In this document: positions 58,570 to 64,000 of the stretch, one piece after another
Numbering within the stretch: position 1 is the first letter of the stretch
How the letters are laid out: the number at the start of each line of letters is the position of its first letter
NCBI GenBank assembly: GCA_043228905.1
Contig: JBHGNT010000015.1
Span: forward strand, 13,206,001 to 13,270,000
DNA length: 64,000 nt
Reading direction: 5' to 3'
Origin: Azolla caroliniana
Taxonomy: Eukaryota; Plantae; Polypodiophyta
The notes under the pieces: model-generated
The model's input: only the letters and a program-made list of their open reading frames with translations
What the model was told of the DNA's origin: nothing
Databases searched by the model: none
Position numbers and translations under genes: made by a program

Positions 58570-59409
58570 CATGGTTGTTTACGTACCCGTATTTAACGTT
58601 TAAATACGTATAGTACCTCATCATTGGTATAGTACGTACTATACCTCAATGTTGTTCAATCAAATATCATGTACATTTGTCCAATACGGTATTTTACGTA
58701 TTTATAAAAAAACAGGTATAATGCGTATTTATAAAGAAAATGTAAGTAAAACCCTAACCAAAAGCAAAAGAAAAAAAAATATTTTAGTGAAAAAGAAGCC
58801 AGAGGAAGGAAGAAGAATAGAAGAGACGACGATGAAGAAGATGAAGAAGAAGAGAGAAAAGAAGACATAAACTTGTCCTGAGTGTGATAATTGCAGAAGA
58901 TAGAAGAAGAAGAAGAAGAAGAAGAAGAAAACGAAGAAAAGAGAAACCTGTCATGAGTGTGATAATCGTAAACGATTCCTCAATCTATGAAGGCATAATT
59001 GTAAATAATTACAATTTGAAGTAGAACATCGTGATGATACACACTTACACTGATTTATAGAATAAAGGAATGTCAACATCCATATTACTACAGGTATTTT
59101 AGGATGTGAAATGTTCAAATGTCTTATATGCATTTTAGGATGTAGAACTATTATTGTACATCATAAAATTGTGTAAACATAGATGTTTTTTACAATATTA
59201 TAGATATTTTTTAGAAAGGTAAATAATTTTCAAATTCTAGAAGTATTTAACGTACTATACGTAAAATACGTATTTTACGTATTTTATAAGTATTTAACAT
59301 ATTAAGAAAACGTATTTAACGTATTTTTAAATTGGGAGGTACTATACGGGTATTAATACGTTAAATACGTATGGTATCCGTACCGTACCTAAAGTACCTA
59401 ACAACCTTG
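58570..59409. mobile_element. 840-bp non-autonomous hAT element (MITE-like)
   Basis: Perfect 8-bp TSD ACCATAAC (58562-58569 and 59410-59417); TIR CATGGTTGTT/AACAACCTTG; subterminal TACGTA/CGTAT repeats. Confidence 0.88.
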
Positions 59410-59614
59410 ACCATAACACATCATCTTTCCGACAAGAGATAACTCATATAAATTCTTACAATGCATAGACAAGTCGTGAAGAGTTAAGTCACGACTCACC
59501 ATAACTCTCAACACGTTGTCGTAGTGTATTTCGTACACTACGTGAAAAAGTAAAAATAATATAACCGATTTAATTACATATAAATAAATAAAATAATATA
59601 TCAAGATATTTATC

Positions 59615-59685
59615 ACGTGCATAGGGCAAGATTCGAACTCTACACCTCCACATTGACAAACCCCAAACTTACCATTATGCTACCT
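59615..59685 (-). other. tRNA-like Pol III head (SINE or pseudo-tRNA)
   Basis: A box TAGCATAATGG and B box GTTCGAATC at tRNA-like spacing; no good acceptor stem. Confidence 0.45.
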
Positions 59686-60557
59686 TATCTTTAGTGTTTT
59701 ATAAATAGATTTAATAACTATAAGTGCTTTATTTGCGCCTACCTTTATTAAAAGGTAAATCGTGCATTTTTAGAGTGCGTGAATATTTTATAGAAAAACG
59801 CAAGCAACTAAAAAGTGACTCATGCACATCTAGCGTGCATGAGCACTATATTTAGCAAATAAAAGCAAGGATTAGAAAAGCATCACATGCACATTTAGTG
59901 TGCATGAATATATTAGAAAAAAAAAGCATGTAGCTATGCTTAGTCTCTCCCATCACTACATAAGGATGGGGAGCACAATGTAATAGGTGTGTGAAATATT
60001 TGGAAATTGGATATATTTCCGAAAACACCAACCGAAAATAATATAATCTATACTTGTGGGATTCACAAGTTTCTTATATATTTCTTTCAATCTAAATACA
60101 TATTCTTATCTAAATATTGATTAATCGAATACAATACACTCGTGGGATTCACGAAATTTCTATCTCTCTTTCTAATAATCTATTCATTACTAGCCTCATC
60201 TCATATTCTTCTTTCTCCTAGTCCAAAACCTCGGCGGTTCCCACCCGACTCACGCAACGATCCGGAGCCGAAAGGCACGACAACGTTTCCCCTTTAGATT
60301 TCCCCAAAATTTATCACATGCATATGCTTTCTCTTGCGTTTGGATAAATTGTTGACTAACTTCCCATATTTTTCTCTTTCTTTGAATAAGCCTTTTATAC
60401 TCATGCAGATGCTTTTGGTAATTCTCTTTATCCTTAACTACATCCAAAACCATAAGGCACTTTCGAGCTTCACGACATTCTTTATCAAACCATTTTTTCC
60501 TAAGTTTCTTGGTGCATTTCCAAGATGTGCGATTGGTCAAAACACATTTGTTTGTAC

Positions 60558-60591
<34 letters not shown>

Positions 60592-60595
60592 AGAT

Positions 60596-60702
60596 GGATG
60601 TAGCTCAATTGGTAAGGTTGCCCAATGGAAACTAGGTGGTCATCGATTCAACCCCTACATTCCACAGTGGCATCTAATGAAATAAGCTATATATATATAT
60701 AT
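60596..60702 (+). mobile_element. tRNA-derived SINE-like element
   Basis: GGATGTAGCTCAATTGGTAAG A box; degenerate B box GATTCAACCC; (TA)n tail. Confidence 0.5.
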
Positions 60703-60773
60703 AGTGTAATAGAGAGGTGAGAAAATTGGGTGTTGAACCCAAGATGTAGTGCTAGTAGTGTAAACAACTTACT

Positions 60774-60811
<38 letters not shown>

Positions 60812-60815
<4 letters not shown>

Positions 60816-63800
60816 TTGGCATCATGTAAAGGGCAAGTCGAAGGGGAAATCAATGAATATGCAATGTAATAGTCTGCCCACTACTTGTGAGACTATTTGG
60901 CAAGGTAATTCAGGAACTTGAGATCCTGGCAACGACAATTTAGGGATAAGGGATTACCCCTTTGGTTCATTGGGACAAGCTGTAAATTCATTGAATTCTC
61001 GAGGTTTTCCTCAAGCGGGAGGACCTAAACAAAAGATTTCGATAGACGGCCCTAAGGATGTGGTGGATGAAAATCCATATGCAAAATTGGAACATGCTTT
61101 GGCTAGTTTTATGACATTAGTTGCTCTAAAGGAGCAAGTGCACCCATAACATTGTTGATTGAATGAAAGTGGTAACATGGAATGTGAGAGGGATATGTTC
61201 TCCTCATAAGAAGTATATATTATGGGAAACTTTGTTAAGTAGAGAATGGGATATATTATGTGTAGTTGAGCATAAGTGTCATGAGTTAGTAGGATCTACA
61301 GTTCATTTGCGTGGATATTAATCATTCTATGCATGACATCTTATTTATCATTATTCAAGTGTGGTATTAATTGTGCGGGATAAATATTATCCTCAGGTGG
61401 TGCATAATGATCCTTATGGTCGGTTTTTGGTTATAGAAATCACTTTTCTTGGCCAAGTTGTGTGGTTGGTTGGGATTTATGCCACTAACCAAGCCACTCA
61501 ATGTCTTGCATTATGGGGCTCACTTCTTCAGACCCTATCTATGGGCCGTCCAAGATTATTATGGGTAATTTTAACACGTGTGTTGATGCATCTCAATCTA
61601 CGTTTGAACATTCAATCATGGATTATCCTGAGCAAGTTGCTTGGGTTTCATTGACTATGGAGGTTCTAAAGTTGGATGTTTGGATGTGGTTGCATGGGAA
61701 CCGTCCAGGTTTTACCTTCCAATCCATTCAACATAGACAAACATGCAGTCGGTTGGATAGAATGTATGTGATGCACAATGATTCTTTTTTACCAACATCA
61801 CTGTTGAATATGGGCATATAATGGCCGTATTCACATTGTTCTCTTAGAAAAACTAGATTTAGGACATTTATGTAAATATGTCAAAGGGCAGTTGCCCTAG
61901 TGCAGTTAGTATATAACGGGCTTTGTAACCTAGCTCATAAGGTTGGTTGCTATGATCAGAGAGCTATTGTCTCCATTGTATTGTAATATCCTCCTTATGC
62001 TCGATCTAATGTGGCACATGTGAAGCAAAGGGATGAATTTGTAGTGGATCCTACTACAATAATTGATATGTGTTCATTACTTTAAAGAGCTGATTGGCCC
62101 GCAACTGTTAATGACAAATGAGGTGAGTAGAGCACGCCATGAGTTTTATGATGTGGTTGGATGTATTGTGCATGACCTCATTAGTCATGAATTGGGTACG
62201 GATTTCACTAAGGATGAGGTGGTCACGGTTTTAAGGCATCTTCCTAGTGGTAAGGGCCCTGGTTGGGATGGCTTGACAAATGAAGTTTTTAAGCGATATT
62301 CAAACATTTTAAAGGGGCCCTTAACTTTGATGTTTCAACATTGTCGGGATTCTGGTTCTATGCCTCAAGCTTGGAAGGTTGGTCTAATTAAAGTAGTTCT
62401 GAAGGTGGCATCTCTCGAGTCATTTCATCAATGGAGACCTATTTCTTTGATAGGGGGGTTGTATAAGATATTTACAAAGGACTTGGCAAATAGATTACAA
62501 AAGGATTTGCCAAAGTTGATACATCCCATCCAATATGGTTCTATTGTAGGTAGGAATATATTGCATAATGTGTTGAATGTTCAAATGGCCATAGATTATG
62601 CACAAAACACTCATCAAGAATTGATTATGGTGCAATTAGTTTTGGAGTAAGCTTATGATCATGTTAATTGGTCCTTTGTTTCTAGGTTAATGCATAAAAT
62701 GGGCTTTGGACCACACATATCTCGCCTCATATTTTTATTAGGACAAGATATGATGTCTTGAGTAATGCTTAATGGGAGAGTTACATTAGATATTGCCCTC
62801 ACAAGATTTGTTTGTCAAAGATGCCCACTTAGCCCATTTTTGTTTGCTATTGTTACTCATCCCTTGTTAGTGATGTTATCAGGCTTGTAGCAAATGGTGA
62901 CATTGTGGGTTTACACCTTCCGTATGGAGGGCAACTGGTAGCACAAGCTTTGGCAGATGATTCTTTCATGTTTCTACAAGCCTCACGAGAGAATCTTGAG
63001 AAGGGGATGCTTGTACTAAACCAATTTGCATTGGCTTCCGGATTACATATTAATAATTTGGAGGAAGTCTAATCTCATATCATGTACTAAAAGGGATTTT
63101 GAATGTTTAGGATGGCAAGGATTCGTGGTGAAGAAAGGCTCTATCTTTCGACACTTGGGGTATCCATTGGGAATGAAGTGGTCAATTGATTGAATGGATA
63201 TCTAGTAAGTTAAGGGATAAGTTCATGTATTGGAAGTCACAATATTGGCCATTTCATGTACACTTGAAGGTTGTACAATGTATTATGGAACCCATGATAT
63301 TATATTACTTGTCATTGTTGCCATGGACAAAGATAACTTTGCATTTTGTTTTGTAACCTCTTCGATATCTGTTGTGGAAGAAGAGGAATAAGATGGGAAT
63401 CACATGGGTTGCGTGTCCAATCATCTAGCAACCCCTAAGCGCTTGGGGGGAGCTAGAATATTGGACTTACCTATGCATATGATGGCTCGTAGATTTTCAT
63501 TATTACAAGACATGTGTTCAGACTCACAACTATGGATATCTATTGTTCAATATTTCATTGAGAACAAGGGTTTAACACATGGGAGGACAACGATTAAGAC
63601 TTCATGGTGGCAATTATTGAATGGATGTATTTCACTTAAGATTTCACGCTCTTCATGTGTTCAACACTTGGTTATTTCATGGCAAGAATCCCTCTTGTTA
63701 TGTGTATGGAAACCACCACATAGTAGAGAACATTGTAATTCTTTACAAAAAAAGTTATTTGTGTCTTCTTGGTTATTATGTTAGCCAGGAAAGGAGAGAT

Positions 63801-64000
63801 TGTGTTCTCAGTTTAATTGTTTGTTTCTTTTGGGGGTCAAAGAGGTGGGAGTTATAGTTGACGCTCCATCTCAAAGAATTTTGGAGTTTGTCGAAGCGCG
63901 ACAATTATCACACATCCCGCCTAATTATGGGTTTATGTGGAAACAACTACAAAATATTTCATTGATGCAAGGTCCTTTACCTCTACAAACAGGAGAACAA
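60812..64000 (+). mobile_element. Second degenerate L1-clade LINE of the same family as 50433-54960; ORF2 starts at 61163 and runs off the window
   Basis: MKVVTWNVRG; SRLDRMY; GKGPGWDG; WRPISL; ALADDS; colinear with the first copy. Confidence 0.88.

Larger units (their letters stand above)
56498..60560 (-). mobile_element. 5'-truncated RTE/RTEX-like LINE embedded in (GA)n and interrupted at about 58546-60285
   Basis: KKWFDKECREARK at 60290-60560; RT at 57139-58545; (TC)n tail; GA runs on both sides. Confidence 0.85.

Noticed and set aside
59615-60670. Functional tRNA genes at 59615-59685 and 60596-60670
   Set aside because: A and B boxes are present but cloverleaf stems pair poorly; treated as SINE-like heads

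Overview
Eukaryotic nuclear DNA from a land plant, not a prokaryote. A seed-free lineage, possibly a fern, is inferred from the nuclear MurJ gene and the TE-filled introns. One host gene is present and the ORF track misses it: a 21-exon, minus-strand gene (6468-42701) for a plastid-targeted MurJ/MviN lipid II flippase of the cyanobacterial type. I reconstructed it by hand: the exon phases join into one 1812-nt frame (603 aa plus stop). Three introns are 7-11 kb long and filled with nested transposons. These include a young, intact Tnt1/Tork-like Ty1/copia element (10574-15906; 610-bp LTRs with about 2 mismatches, 5-bp TSD) inside an older copia, a tRNA-Trp-primed non-autonomous LTR element whose 3' LTR is folded back so both ends are U3 ends, a plastid rpl16 fragment, and many RTE/RTEX-like LINE tails. 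Outside the gene are more copia and gypsy remnants, a hAT transposase relic, a TSD-flanked hAT MITE, two degenerate L1 LINEs with an LADD catalytic motif, a (GA)n-embedded RTE-like LINE, tRNA-derived SINE-like heads and several tandem repeats. I found no CRISPR array, operon or wholly new multi-gene system. All alignments were done by eye.
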